A stretch of 64,000 nt of DNA from an uncultured Chloroflexia bacterium (GTDB lineage Bacteria > Chloroflexota > Limnocylindria > Limnocylindrales > CSP1-4): positions 2,944,001 to 3,008,000 of the forward strand of contig OY970218.1 in NCBI GenBank assembly GCA_963713975.1. Reading direction: 5' to 3'. The position numbers were made by a program, and so were the translations under genes. The notes below the pieces were generated by a model. That model ran no database searches. It saw nothing but the letters and a program-made list of their open reading frames with translations, and was not told the origin of the DNA. How positions within the stretch are numbered: position 1 is the first letter of the stretch; the number at the start of each line of letters is the position of its first letter. Positions 10,782 to 18,756 of this stretch are shown here, one piece after another.

Positions 10782-11371
10782 GCGTCCTTGCCGACCGCGA
10801 CATCCGGGCCGAGCTGGAGTCCGGGCGCGTCCGCATCGATCCGTACGACTCGGCCGACCTCCAGCCCTCGTCGGTGGACCTCCACCTGGACCGCAGTTTC
10901 CGCGTCTTCCGCAACAACCGCTACGCGTTCATCGATCCACGCACGCCCCAGCCGGACCTGACCGAGCTGCTGGCGATCGGGGACGACGAGCCGTTCATCC
11001 TGCACCCGGGAGAGTTCGTGCTCGGTCGCACGGTCGAGTGGGTAGAGCTGCCGGATGACCTAGTCGCGAGGCTCGAGGGCAAGTCCAGCCTCGGCCGGCT
11101 CGGGTTGCTGATCCACTCCACGGCGGGCTACGTGGATCCGGGCTGGAAGGGCACGCTGACTCTCGAGCTGTCCAATGTCGCCAACCTGCCGATCGCCCTC
11201 TACCACGGAATGCGCATCGGCCAGATCAGCTTCTTCAGGATGAGCTCGCCGGTGGAGAGGCCGTACGGGAGCAAGGAGCTCGGGTCCAAATACCAGGGCC
11301 AGTCCGAACCTACTGCTTCTGCCTTCCACGCCGACTTCGAGCGCGGGCGCAAGACCAGCACCGAGGGCTGA
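10778..11371 (+). CDS. dcd: dCTP deaminase
   Basis: [47 protein letters not shown]. Confidence 0.96.
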   Translation: MSVLADRDIRAELESGRVRIDPYDSADLQPSSVDLHLDRSFRVFRNNRYAFIDPRTPQPDLTELLAIGDDEPFILHPGEFVLGRTVEWVELPDDLVARLEGKSSLGRLGLLIHSTAGYVDPGWKGTLTLELSNVANLPIALYHGMRIGQISFFRMSSPVERPYGSKELGSKYQGQSEPTASAFHADFERGRKTSTEG

Positions 11372-11375
11372 TTCG

Positions 11376-12242
11376 GTGGCACTCAACGACGCCGTCCACT
11401 GGCGGGCCGACCTCGGCGGCGGTACCACCGTCGCGCTGATCCAGGCCGGCACTTTCCGCACGGACGCGGGCGCGATCCTTGGTCCTGTGCCCTGGATCCT
11501 GTGGCGCGCGCTTGCCGAGGGCGAGCTCGACGCCAACCGGCGTCTCATCCAGGCCCTCAACTGCCTGCTCGTCGAGACGCCCGCTGGGCGTGTCCTGATC
11601 GAGACGGGGATCGGCGAGCGGCTGGACGCGAAGAATACGGCGATGCGCGAGTACCTGGGCACGCCCATTGTGCCCGCGATGCGCGAGGCGGGGTTCGACC
11701 CCGACACCGTGGACGTCGTGGCCATGAGCCACCTCCACTTCGACCACGCTGGTGGTCTGCTCCTGGCCGACGGTTCCAAGGCGTTTCCGCGAGCCCGGAT
11801 CGTGGCCCAGCGGTCTGAGTGGGAGATCGCGCTGGGCGGCAACAGCCGGCTCGTGGCCTCCTACGACCAGCCCGAGCTCCGCCTCGTCGCCGACTGGGGC
11901 GCGGAGGGGTGGACCGACGGGGATCGGGAGCTGCTGCCAGGCGTGTCCGTGGTCCGGACCGGCGGGCACTCCGCGGGCCATCAGGCCGTGGTCGTGCGCG
12001 GCACTGGACAGGGTGCGAGGTCACTGGCGTTCTTCGGCGACCTGTGCATGCGTCCCTGGTCTGCGAACCCGCGCTGGGTGACGGCGTTCGATGACTTCCC
12101 ACTGGACAGCGTCGAGGTCAAGGGCGAGCTCTTCCGCCGCGCCGTGGAGGACGAATGGACGGTCGTGCTGAGCCACGAGGCGCGGATGCCGGTGGGCAGA
12201 CTGATCCCGGACCGGGACCGCTTCCGCTTCGAGGGGCTATAG
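11376..12242 (+). CDS. MBL-fold metallo-hydrolase (YtnP/AiiA-like)
   Basis: SHLHFDHAGG, GGHSAGHQ, FFGD, SHE. Confidence 0.88.
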   Translation: MALNDAVHWRADLGGGTTVALIQAGTFRTDAGAILGPVPWILWRALAEGELDANRRLIQALNCLLVETPAGRVLIETGIGERLDAKNTAMREYLGTPIVPAMREAGFDPDTVDVVAMSHLHFDHAGGLLLADGSKAFPRARIVAQRSEWEIALGGNSRLVASYDQPELRLVADWGAEGWTDGDRELLPGVSVVRTGGHSAGHQAVVVRGTGQGARSLAFFGDLCMRPWSANPRWVTAFDDFPLDSVEVKGELFRRAVEDEWTVVLSHEARMPVGRLIPDRDRFRFEGL

Positions 12243-12266
12243 CCTCCGAGGCGAGCCGCGGGGTCG

Positions 12267-12980
12267 TCAGCTCGCGGCGGGGGACTCCGGCCGCAGGCCC
12301 AGCACCTGTTCGGCGGACTCCACGGTCAGCGGCCCGTTCACGACGTTCGTGATCCGGCCGTCTGGTCCGATGATGACCTGCGTCGGTAGCGCGAAGACAC
12401 GGTAGAGGTCGAACACGTCTGCCGACGCGTCGAACGCGATCGTGTAGGGCAGCTCGTAGCGCTGGGCGTATGCGCGGACGTCATCGGGCGTCGTCTCCTG
12501 GACGGCGATGCCGACGATCGCAAGCTGGTCACCGTAACGTTCGGCCATCGTGCGCAGCACGGGCGTCTCACCCTGGCATGGCGGGCACCACGTCGCCCAG
12601 AAGTTGAGCCAGACGACCTTCCCCCGCAGGTCCGCGAGTCGGACGGGGTTTCCGTCGAGGTCCGTCAGGGTGGCGGGCGAGCCGTCCGGCAGCATCCAGG
12701 TGAGCTCGGGCGCCTGCTGGCCCGGCTGCAGACCAACGGTCGCCGCGCCGACGATGTACGGCGTGGACGCGGGCAGGATGGTGGCGATGGCCGGGCCCGG
12801 CCCGGGCGCGATGGGCCTCGTGACGAGGGCGAGCCCGACAGCGCCGATCACGAGGACCACCAGGACCGCCAGAAGCTGTCGCCCGGTGAACGGGCCGATC
12901 AGGCCGCGGCGGGTGGTGGGCGGCTCCGCCGCCATGCCCGATGGATCGGCTTCCACGCCCTCCGGACCGAGGTCCGTCAT
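12267..12980 (-). CDS. TlpA/ResA-like thiol-disulfide oxidoreductase
   Basis: TM anchor, LNFWATWCPPC, ALPT; ATG 12980 overlaps the ccdA stop. Confidence 0.9.
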   Translation of the reverse strand: MTDLGPEGVEADPSGMAAEPPTTRRGLIGPFTGRQLLAVLVVLVIGAVGLALVTRPIAPGPGPAIATILPASTPYIVGAATVGLQPGQQAPELTWMLPDGSPATLTDLDGNPVRLADLRGKVVWLNFWATWCPPCQGETPVLRTMAERYGDQLAIVGIAVQETTPDDVRAYAQRYELPYTIAFDASADVFDLYRVFALPTQVIIGPDGRITNVVNGPLTVESAEQVLGLRPESPAAS

Positions 12981-13789
12981 ACCGCCGGTACGAACTGGAA
13001 GTAGCGTGGCAGGAGCACCAGCCAGTCGAACATCATTGCAAGCCCGATGGCCACCACCAGCAGCCCGCCCACGAGGGACACGATCCGGCCGTGCTTGACC
13101 AGTGCTCGCGTGAGCGGCCGCGACCGGTCGAAGAACGCGGCGATGAGGACGAACGGGATGCCGAGACCCAGCGTGTAGCCCACGAGCAGGAGCGCTCCCT
13201 GGACCTTGCCATCGGAGGTGGCTGCCATCGTGAGGATCCCGCCGAGGATGGCCCCGATGCAGGGGGTCCAGCCGATGGCGAAGATCGAGCCGAGCGTGAA
13301 TGCGGCTCCCAGGCCGGATCGTCCACCGACCAGACGCGTTCCCATCCTGCCACCGAACCCGCCGCCGCCCGCGGGCGCGATGGCCATGCCGCCCGTCGTC
13401 GTCACCAGCCCCGCCGAGGCACCGGCGTCCAGGGGTCGCCAGGTGCGCTCGAGGAACCCGATCTTGATGATCCCGGCAAGGCTGAGGCCCATGATCACGA
13501 GGACGCCGCCGCCGATCACCCGGAGCGGTTGCATGTAGTCGGCGATGGCACCGCCGGCGAACGCCGCCGTGATGCCGAGCAGCGTGAAGACCGCCCCGAA
13601 CCCCGCCACGAACGCCACCGCATGGCGGACGGCTGCCCATCGCGACGGCGAGGCCGATGCCCCCTGCGCCGCCACGGCGACCGCCGTCAGCTGACCGAGA
13701 TATGCCGGGACGAGCGGCAGCACGCACGGGGAGAGGAAGGAGATCAGGCCCGCGGCCATGGCCACCAGGAAGGTGTAGTCGCCCGTCAT
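12977..13789 (-). CDS. ccdA: Cytochrome c biogenesis protein CcdA
   Basis: AGLISFLSPCVLPLVPAYL and GWTPCIG. Confidence 0.94.
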   Translation of the reverse strand: MTGDYTFLVAMAAGLISFLSPCVLPLVPAYLGQLTAVAVAAQGASASPSRWAAVRHAVAFVAGFGAVFTLLGITAAFAGGAIADYMQPLRVIGGGVLVIMGLSLAGIIKIGFLERTWRPLDAGASAGLVTTTGGMAIAPAGGGGFGGRMGTRLVGGRSGLGAAFTLGSIFAIGWTPCIGAILGGILTMAATSDGKVQGALLLVGYTLGLGIPFVLIAAFFDRSRPLTRALVKHGRIVSLVGGLLVVAIGLAMMFDWLVLLPRYFQFVPAV

Positions 13790-14073
13790 CGCTGCGGAAC
13801 CTCACCCAGGGCCGTATCCAGCAGCTGCCGTAGCCGGGGAGCGCTGGTGGCCAGCTCCAGCTCCTGGTCGCCCAGGACCACCACCGGGATGGTGAGGGCG
13901 TAGCGGCGGTGCCAGTCCTCGTTGGTGTCGATGTCGCGTTCGATCACCTGGGGCGCGGCCAGACCGCGGGCGGCTCGATCGGCGAGGAGGAGGTCGAGCA
14001 CTGCGTGCGTGTCCTCGCACAGGTGGCAGCCGGGGCGGCCGTACAGGAACAGGTCGGGGAGGGGAGCGCTCAC
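13786..14073 (-). CDS. Glutaredoxin-like protein (DUF836)
   Basis: LYGRPGCHLC, DIDTNEDW..RY...IPVV; GTG start inferred downstream of TACAAT. Confidence 0.85.
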   Translation of the reverse strand: MSAPLPDLFLYGRPGCHLCEDTHAVLDLLLADRAARGLAAPQVIERDIDTNEDWHRRYALTIPVVVLGDQELELATSAPRLRQLLDTALGEVPQR

Positions 14074-14164
14074 GATTGGGCCATTGTACGAGGGAGGAAG
14101 GAATGCCCCAGCCGACGCAGCGCGGGTCCGCGCGAGCATCACCAACTCCCTAGAATCCGCGGCG

Positions 14165-14572
14165 ATGGCTGAGCCCACGATGTACGACCAGGTCGGGGGG
14201 ATGGAGTTCTTCGAACGACTGGTGGACCGCTTCTATGACGGCGTCGCCACCGACGACGTGCTGATGCCGCTCTACCCGCAGCCCGATGACCTCGTCGGAG
14301 CGCGCCGCCGGTTGACCCTGTTCCTGGTCCAATACTGGGGTGGGCCGACCACCTACCTGGAGGAGCGCGGCCACCCCCGGCTCCGGGCCAGGCACCATCC
14401 GTTCTCGATCGGGACGCTGGAACGGGACCACTGGCTGCTGCACATGCGGGCCGCGATCGATGTGTCCGGCGCACCCGACGCTGCCCGGGCTCGCCTCCAC
14501 GACTACATGACGCTGGCAGCCGATGCGATGCGCAACCGCGGCGAACCTGGCGAGGCGGCGCGCTCAGGCTGA
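14165..14572 (+). CDS. Group II truncated hemoglobin (GlbO-like)
   Basis: YDQVGG..FFERLVDRFY, FLVQYWGGP..Y...RGHPRLRARH, RDHWL. Confidence 0.92.
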   Translation: MAEPTMYDQVGGMEFFERLVDRFYDGVATDDVLMPLYPQPDDLVGARRRLTLFLVQYWGGPTTYLEERGHPRLRARHHPFSIGTLERDHWLLHMRAAIDVSGAPDAARARLHDYMTLAADAMRNRGEPGEAARSG

Positions 14573-14610
14573 CCCGCCCCATCCCGGGGTCGGGTACGAT
14601 CCGGGGACGC

Positions 14611-14686
14611 GCCCCCGTAGCTCAGTGGATAGAGCGCAGCCGTCCTAAGGCTGGCGTCGGCGGTTCGAATCCGTCCGGGGGCGCCA
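14611..14686 (+). tRNA. tRNA-Arg(CCT)
   Basis: Acceptor GCCCCCG/CGGGGGC, D-arm TAGCTCAGTGGATAGAGC, anticodon stem CAGCC/GGCTG with loop GTCCTAA, GGTTCGAATCC, encoded CCA. Confidence 0.95.
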
Positions 14687-16165
14687 CGGTGACAGCAACG
14701 CGGAGTTGAAGAACGGCTCCGCTGGCCCCGTGGGAACCCATCCGACAACCTGCCGGTCCCGGGTTTCCACGCGCTCGACGAGCAGGGCGACGATGCTCTG
14801 GATGGCCTCCGGGGTGGCCGTCGTCAGCTCGTCCCCGAGCGACTGGACCACCAGCCGGTGCCGGTCGAACAGGACGACCTTCTCGGCCTCGCCGGGGATC
14901 GCCAGCAACTCGGCCTCGACCTCGGACCGCAGCCGCCGGTACTCGGTGTCGGACAGGTCGCCCCACTCGTTCTGCTTTCGGAGCTGTTCCATGCGGGTCC
15001 GGAGCCGCTGGCGCTCCTTGTCGCTCGTGCCCGGGGTGGGGGAGGCGAGCCGACGCCGCAACTCGGCAGCAACCGCCTCGATGGCGTCGGGCGGCAGGGC
15101 GGCGGTCATGAGCCCCGCCACGACCTCCCGCTCCGCCTCGCGGGCAGGAACGCGGCGCTCGTGGCACTCGACCGGCCTCCCGTCGACCTCCATCTGATGG
15201 CGGCCGTCCGCGACCGGACAGGCGTAGTAGGACCAACCCTTGCCCCGGCTGATCCGGGTGTCGCCGCGCATCCTAGCGCCGCAGGAGCAGCGGATCAGCC
15301 CCCGGAGGGCGTACGTGCGGCGGGCGAACGTCGGCTTGGCGCCGATGTGCCGCTTGCGCGACTCGACGCCGGAGAACGCATCTGCGTATTCCTCGTCGGT
15401 GAGGATGGCCGGGTGTCGCCCCGGCAGGACCTCGACGCCCCGGCGGGCGGTCACGTTGCCCCGATACATCTCGCGGCGCCGGTAGAGGTCCTTGATGGCG
15501 GCTGTGGTCCACGGACCCCGCACGCGCCGCTTCTCGCCTTCGCGCTGGAGGATTTCGGCCGACTCGGAGAACGGGTGAGTCGCCAGGAGGGCGAACACGC
15601 GGCGCACGACATCGGCTTCCTCGGGGACGATGGCGAGCGTCCGGGGGCGCAGCGGGCGGTAACGGTCGTCCCGCAGCGTGACGTAGCCGAACGGGTCGTT
15701 GCCCCGATGGCCGCCCTGCTCAAAGATTTGGCGGGCCTGAGCGACCATGGTGGCGCTCATCTGGTCTCGGTAGTTTTGGGACACCACGGCGTTGATGCCG
15801 TGGGTGAGCTTGCCGGATGGCGTCGAGAGGTCCTGTCCGTCACCGACTGACAACCGCACACCATGGGCGACGCATTCGCGCAGCAGGGCGAGGTCGTTCT
15901 CGGCGTTTCGGTTGAGGCGGGACTGGTTGTAGGCGCTGATCCCCGCCAGGCGCTCTGACCGGAGATGGGCCAGCATCCGTTGGTATGAGGGGCGGTCGGT
16001 CGTGAACCCGCTGTTGTGGCCGCCGCTGTCGGAGAAGACCTCGACATTCGCCTCCGCCGGGATGCGGGACCGGGCGACCGCCTCCTGCGTCTCATCGCTG
16101 ACATCCGCGTCACCCTCGCGCTTGCTGCTGCGGCGGATGTAGACCGCCCAAACCTTGTCGCTCAT
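14645..16165 (-). CDS. Large serine recombinase/integrase (506 aa in integrated form)
   Basis: YIRRSS catalytic-type motif, DSGG..SG...RP, SRLNRN, recombinase domain (PFGY, GRHPAIL), zinc ribbon CSCG..YYAC, coiled coil; GGAGG RBS before ATG 16165; 3' end overlaps the tRNA antisense. Confidence 0.93.
   Translation of the reverse strand: MSDKVWAVYIRRSSKREGDADVSDETQEAVARSRIPAEANVEVFSDSGGHNSGFTTDRPSYQRMLAHLRSERLAGISAYNQSRLNRNAENDLALLRECVAHGVRLSVGDGQDLSTPSGKLTHGINAVVSQNYRDQMSATMVAQARQIFEQGGHRGNDPFGYVTLRDDRYRPLRPRTLAIVPEEADVVRRVFALLATHPFSESAEILQREGEKRRVRGPWTTAAIKDLYRRREMYRGNVTARRGVEVLPGRHPAILTDEEYADAFSGVESRKRHIGAKPTFARRTYALRGLIRCSCGARMRGDTRISRGKGWSYYACPVADGRHQMEVDGRPVECHERRVPAREAEREVVAGLMTAALPPDAIEAVAAELRRRLASPTPGTSDKERQRLRTRMEQLRKQNEWGDLSDTEYRRLRSEVEAELLAIPGEAEKVVLFDRHRLVVQSLGDELTTATPEAIQSIVALLVERVETRDRQVVGWVPTGPAEPFFNSALLSPWRPRTDSNRRRQP
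14671..14686 (+). repeat. attL core CCGTCCGGGGGCGCCA
   Basis: Last 16 nt of tRNA-Arg; identical copy at 23419-23434. Confidence 0.9.
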
Positions 16166-16425
16166 TGGTCCTCCCCTTGGTCGGCGGCCCAGTCCTGGTA
16201 GGAGTCGTAGCCCTCGCGGACCCACGGACGGAGCCAATCGGCGCTCTTAGGGTCGGCGTCGAGGTTCCCGAGCGCCTCCATCGCGGCGCGCCGCTCGTCC
16301 GGGTCTTCGGGGAGGCCAAGAGAGGCATCTCCGTGCCACGGGAGGGTCGGGGGCGGTGCCGACGGCCGCGCCGGATCGTCGCGGTTCTCTGGAGTCTCCG
16401 GGGCCGGGGTGCGCTTCTTGGTCAC
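16162..16425 (-). CDS. Small hypothetical protein (87 aa) translationally coupled to the integrase
   Basis: GTGA overlap with the upstream gene and ATGA overlap with the integrase start; acidic, Trp-containing C-terminus. Confidence 0.6.
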   Translation of the reverse strand: MTKKRTPAPETPENRDDPARPSAPPPTLPWHGDASLGLPEDPDERRAAMEALGNLDADPKSADWLRPWVREGYDSYQDWAADQGEDQ

Positions 16426-16595
16426 TTGGCCGCCTCGGCAGCCGCCTTCTTCTGCGCCGCGTGGTAGCGCGCGTCGTGACCAGGGACGAACCGGGAGCGC
16501 TTGCCCCGGGGGGACTCGCCGCAGCCGCAGAGGCACGGGGCGCGGGTCGGCTCCGGGGTGGGCTCGGCGGTCGTCTGCTTCGTCCTTGTCGCCAT
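16422..16595 (-). CDS. Small CxCGCG...F.PGHD zinc-binding protein (57 aa)
   Basis: AAGGAG RBS before ATG 16595; CLCGCG-x8-FVPGHDA motif of a type seen in phage proteins. Confidence 0.72.
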   Translation of the reverse strand: MATRTKQTTAEPTPEPTRAPCLCGCGESPRGKRSRFVPGHDARYHAAQKKAAAEAAK

Positions 16596-16764
16596 GTCGG
16601 GCTCCTTGCCGTGGGTCAGCGGGCACACGCCGCTGTCAATACCCATCCCAAAAAAGCACGGGCGTTCTACCGGCACAAGATGCCGGGGAGCAGGGGAGCC
16701 CGCGCTGCTGCTGGCGGGCAGCACGCGTCCCGGGGCTCGTCAGCGTGGGTGACAGCACCGCGGG

Positions 16765-17226
16765 TCAGTCCTGAACCAGCCGGAGGCGACGCACATTGGC
16801 CTCGACGACCTCCTGCACCGCCTCCCGGGACCCGAGCGCGTCGTGGAGGATCGACAAGACCTTGGCGACCCGCTCTCGCGCCTCGTCGTCGGTGAAGTCG
16901 AGCGCCTCGGGAGCCTCGGGGTGGATGAGGTCGTCGCCGCTGCCGCCCTTTCGGCTGCCGCTCCGGACGCCACCCTCGTAGATGATCTCGTATGCGGCGA
17001 GCGCCGCCCTCCAGTCTTTGGCTGCAGCGTCCCGGAGGATCGACTCGTACACGTCGCGGCCCTGGCTGGTGGCGACCTCGATCGCGTCCGCGAACTCCTC
17101 CTCTTGCTGCCAGCGGTTGAGGGTCCGGTAGGCGATGCCCGCCTTGCCAGCCGCCGCACGTTTCGAGCTGCCGGCCGCGAGGGCGAGCAGCACGACGACA
17201 CGGGCCTTGTCCATCCTAGTCGCCAT
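16765..17226 (-). CDS. HTH protein resembling a phage terminase small subunit
   Basis: N-terminal HTH (AAAGKAGIAYRTLNRW..EEFADAI) followed by DWRAA helix, an architecture common in TerS-like proteins. Confidence 0.6.
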   Translation of the reverse strand: MATRMDKARVVVLLALAAGSSKRAAAGKAGIAYRTLNRWQQEEEFADAIEVATSQGRDVYESILRDAAAKDWRAALAAYEIIYEGGVRSGSRKGGSGDDLIHPEAPEALDFTDDEARERVAKVLSILHDALGSREAVQEVVEANVRRLRLVQD

Positions 17227-17227
17227 G

Positions 17228-17563
17228 TCAGTCCTGCCCCACGGTTGCGTTCGCGCGCGCGCGCGTGGCCGGCGACGCCGCGTCCCGGGCGTCCCGGCAC
17301 ACGACGAGGTTAGACCGGCGGTAGTCGCGGCCCTCGGTGCTGATCCGACGTACGACGCGCGGGTCTCCGACGGGCAGCCCGATCACATCGCGGGCGAGGG
17401 TGATGCTGGTCTTGCGGCCGCCGGCCAAGCCGACGCGAACCGGGGCGACGCTGCCGGTTGGGAAGAACCAGCGGAAGGAGGAAAGACGGTCGTAGTCGTC
17501 GTCATCCACGAGGGCCTCGACGGCCTCGGCCCTGCGGACGTGGATCGAGATCGTCTTGCTCAT
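17228..17563 (-). CDS. HNH-endonuclease-like protein with degenerate active site
   Basis: AAGGAG RBS; ALVDDDDYDRLSSFRW and RRSNL match HNH_3/AP2-type endonucleases, but VDHIN...DN reads VRRIS...DY. Confidence 0.65.
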   Translation of the reverse strand: MSKTISIHVRRAEAVEALVDDDDYDRLSSFRWFFPTGSVAPVRVGLAGGRKTSITLARDVIGLPVGDPRVVRRISTEGRDYRRSNLVVCRDARDAASPATRARANATVGQD

Positions 17564-17644
17564 CTGATCTCCTTGCGGGATGGGGCGGGAACCGGCCGTG
17601 CTCGGTCCGCCCCTGCCGACAGTGCACGGCGTCGGCATTTGTGG

Positions 17645-18460
17645 TTAGCGGACCAGCGGTAGGAACGGCTGGCGGCCCCGGGCGAACGACATGTAGGCGT
17701 CATTGAGGTCGACAGTTGTCGGCATCCAGACCTCGACCTCGGGGCGGGTGAGCCACACCATCCGGGCATTGCCGTCCTTCGGCCACGGAGGAGCGATCGC
17801 GGGCACCCGGGAGGCGTACTGCGGCCAGAGCAACGGCAGGTTCCGGATCTCGCTCATCAAGAACCAGGCGTCCTCCTCGACGGCGGCCGTGACGAGGTGG
17901 CAGGTGAACTGGGCGCGGCGGATCACGCTGTATCTCTCGGCCTCCTCCTCGACGGAGGCGAACGCGTCGCGCACGTTCTTCGGCGCCCGGGCAAGGAGGC
18001 GCGGCATCTCCCACGGGACGTCGCCGGCCGACTGCGTGGCCTTGCGGATCTTGGCGAGGATGTCCGCGAGAACGGGGCGGAGGTGCCCGGTGATCACCTC
18101 GTCTGCGAGGTCGTCGACGGCCCGGACGAGCTGGTTCTCCGCCAGCCCGAGAGCCTCGTCGAGCACGGCCGCCTCGGTCCCTGCCCGGACCTGCGTGTCC
18201 TGCGCGGCGCGGAGGTCCGCGACCCAGCCCTTGGGCAGGTCGCCCTTGCGGGCAGCGTCCGGGATCATGCGGGCGAGCCGGGACCGGACGGCCCCGGGGT
18301 CGGCCGCGAACGCCTCCTTGTTGGCAAGGGCGTGCGCCGCCTTGATGCGGGCGATCCCGTCCCGGTGGGCGAGCAACCCGGCCGGGAGGGTGTAATGCCC
18401 GGCGTCGTATCCGGCGAAGATGCCGGCAGCTCGGTTGTATTCCTTGTTGCGCGGTGCCAT
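17645..18460 (-). CDS. Hypothetical alpha-helical protein (271 aa)
   Basis: AAGGAG RBS, co-oriented in the element operon; no family recognised. Confidence 0.75.
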   Translation of the reverse strand: MAPRNKEYNRAAGIFAGYDAGHYTLPAGLLAHRDGIARIKAAHALANKEAFAADPGAVRSRLARMIPDAARKGDLPKGWVADLRAAQDTQVRAGTEAAVLDEALGLAENQLVRAVDDLADEVITGHLRPVLADILAKIRKATQSAGDVPWEMPRLLARAPKNVRDAFASVEEEAERYSVIRRAQFTCHLVTAAVEEDAWFLMSEIRNLPLLWPQYASRVPAIAPPWPKDGNARMVWLTRPEVEVWMPTTVDLNDAYMSFARGRQPFLPLVR

Positions 18461-18464
18461 ATCG

Positions 18465-18596
18465 CTACTCCTTGTCTATGCGCTGCTTGTTCGGGCGAGC
18501 CCCAGGACGAGCCCAACCCGCCAGCAGCGGCAGCCCGACCAAGGCCACGAGGGCGAGGACCGCGCCCTGCGCGACCCCGAACAGGAACTCGGACAC
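18465..18596 (-). CDS. Small single-TM protein (43 aa)
   Basis: GAGGAGGAG RBS before GTG 18596; hydrophobic stretch followed by a basic tail. Confidence 0.55.
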   Translation of the reverse strand: MSEFLFGVAQGAVLALVALVGLPLLAGWARPGARPNKQRIDKE

Positions 18597-18626
18597 TTGT
18601 CGGTCTCCTCCTCGGAATTCGGACGG

Positions 18627-18756
18627 CGCACCAGCACGGGGTCGCACCACCGCACCGGGGGAAGCCCCCCCCGGGTGCGATGGGTGTGGTGCGCCCCCTC
18701 CGAGTGCCGATATCGCACCGGGTGCGATCCGGGTGGTGCGATTGGTGCGCCCCCTC
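18627..18756. repeat. Iteron-like GGTGCG/CGCACC array, putative replication origin
   Basis: Nine copies in both orientations (18627, 18643, 18651, 18674, 18688, 18714, 18721, 18735, 18744), immediately downstream of the helicase gene. Confidence 0.7.
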
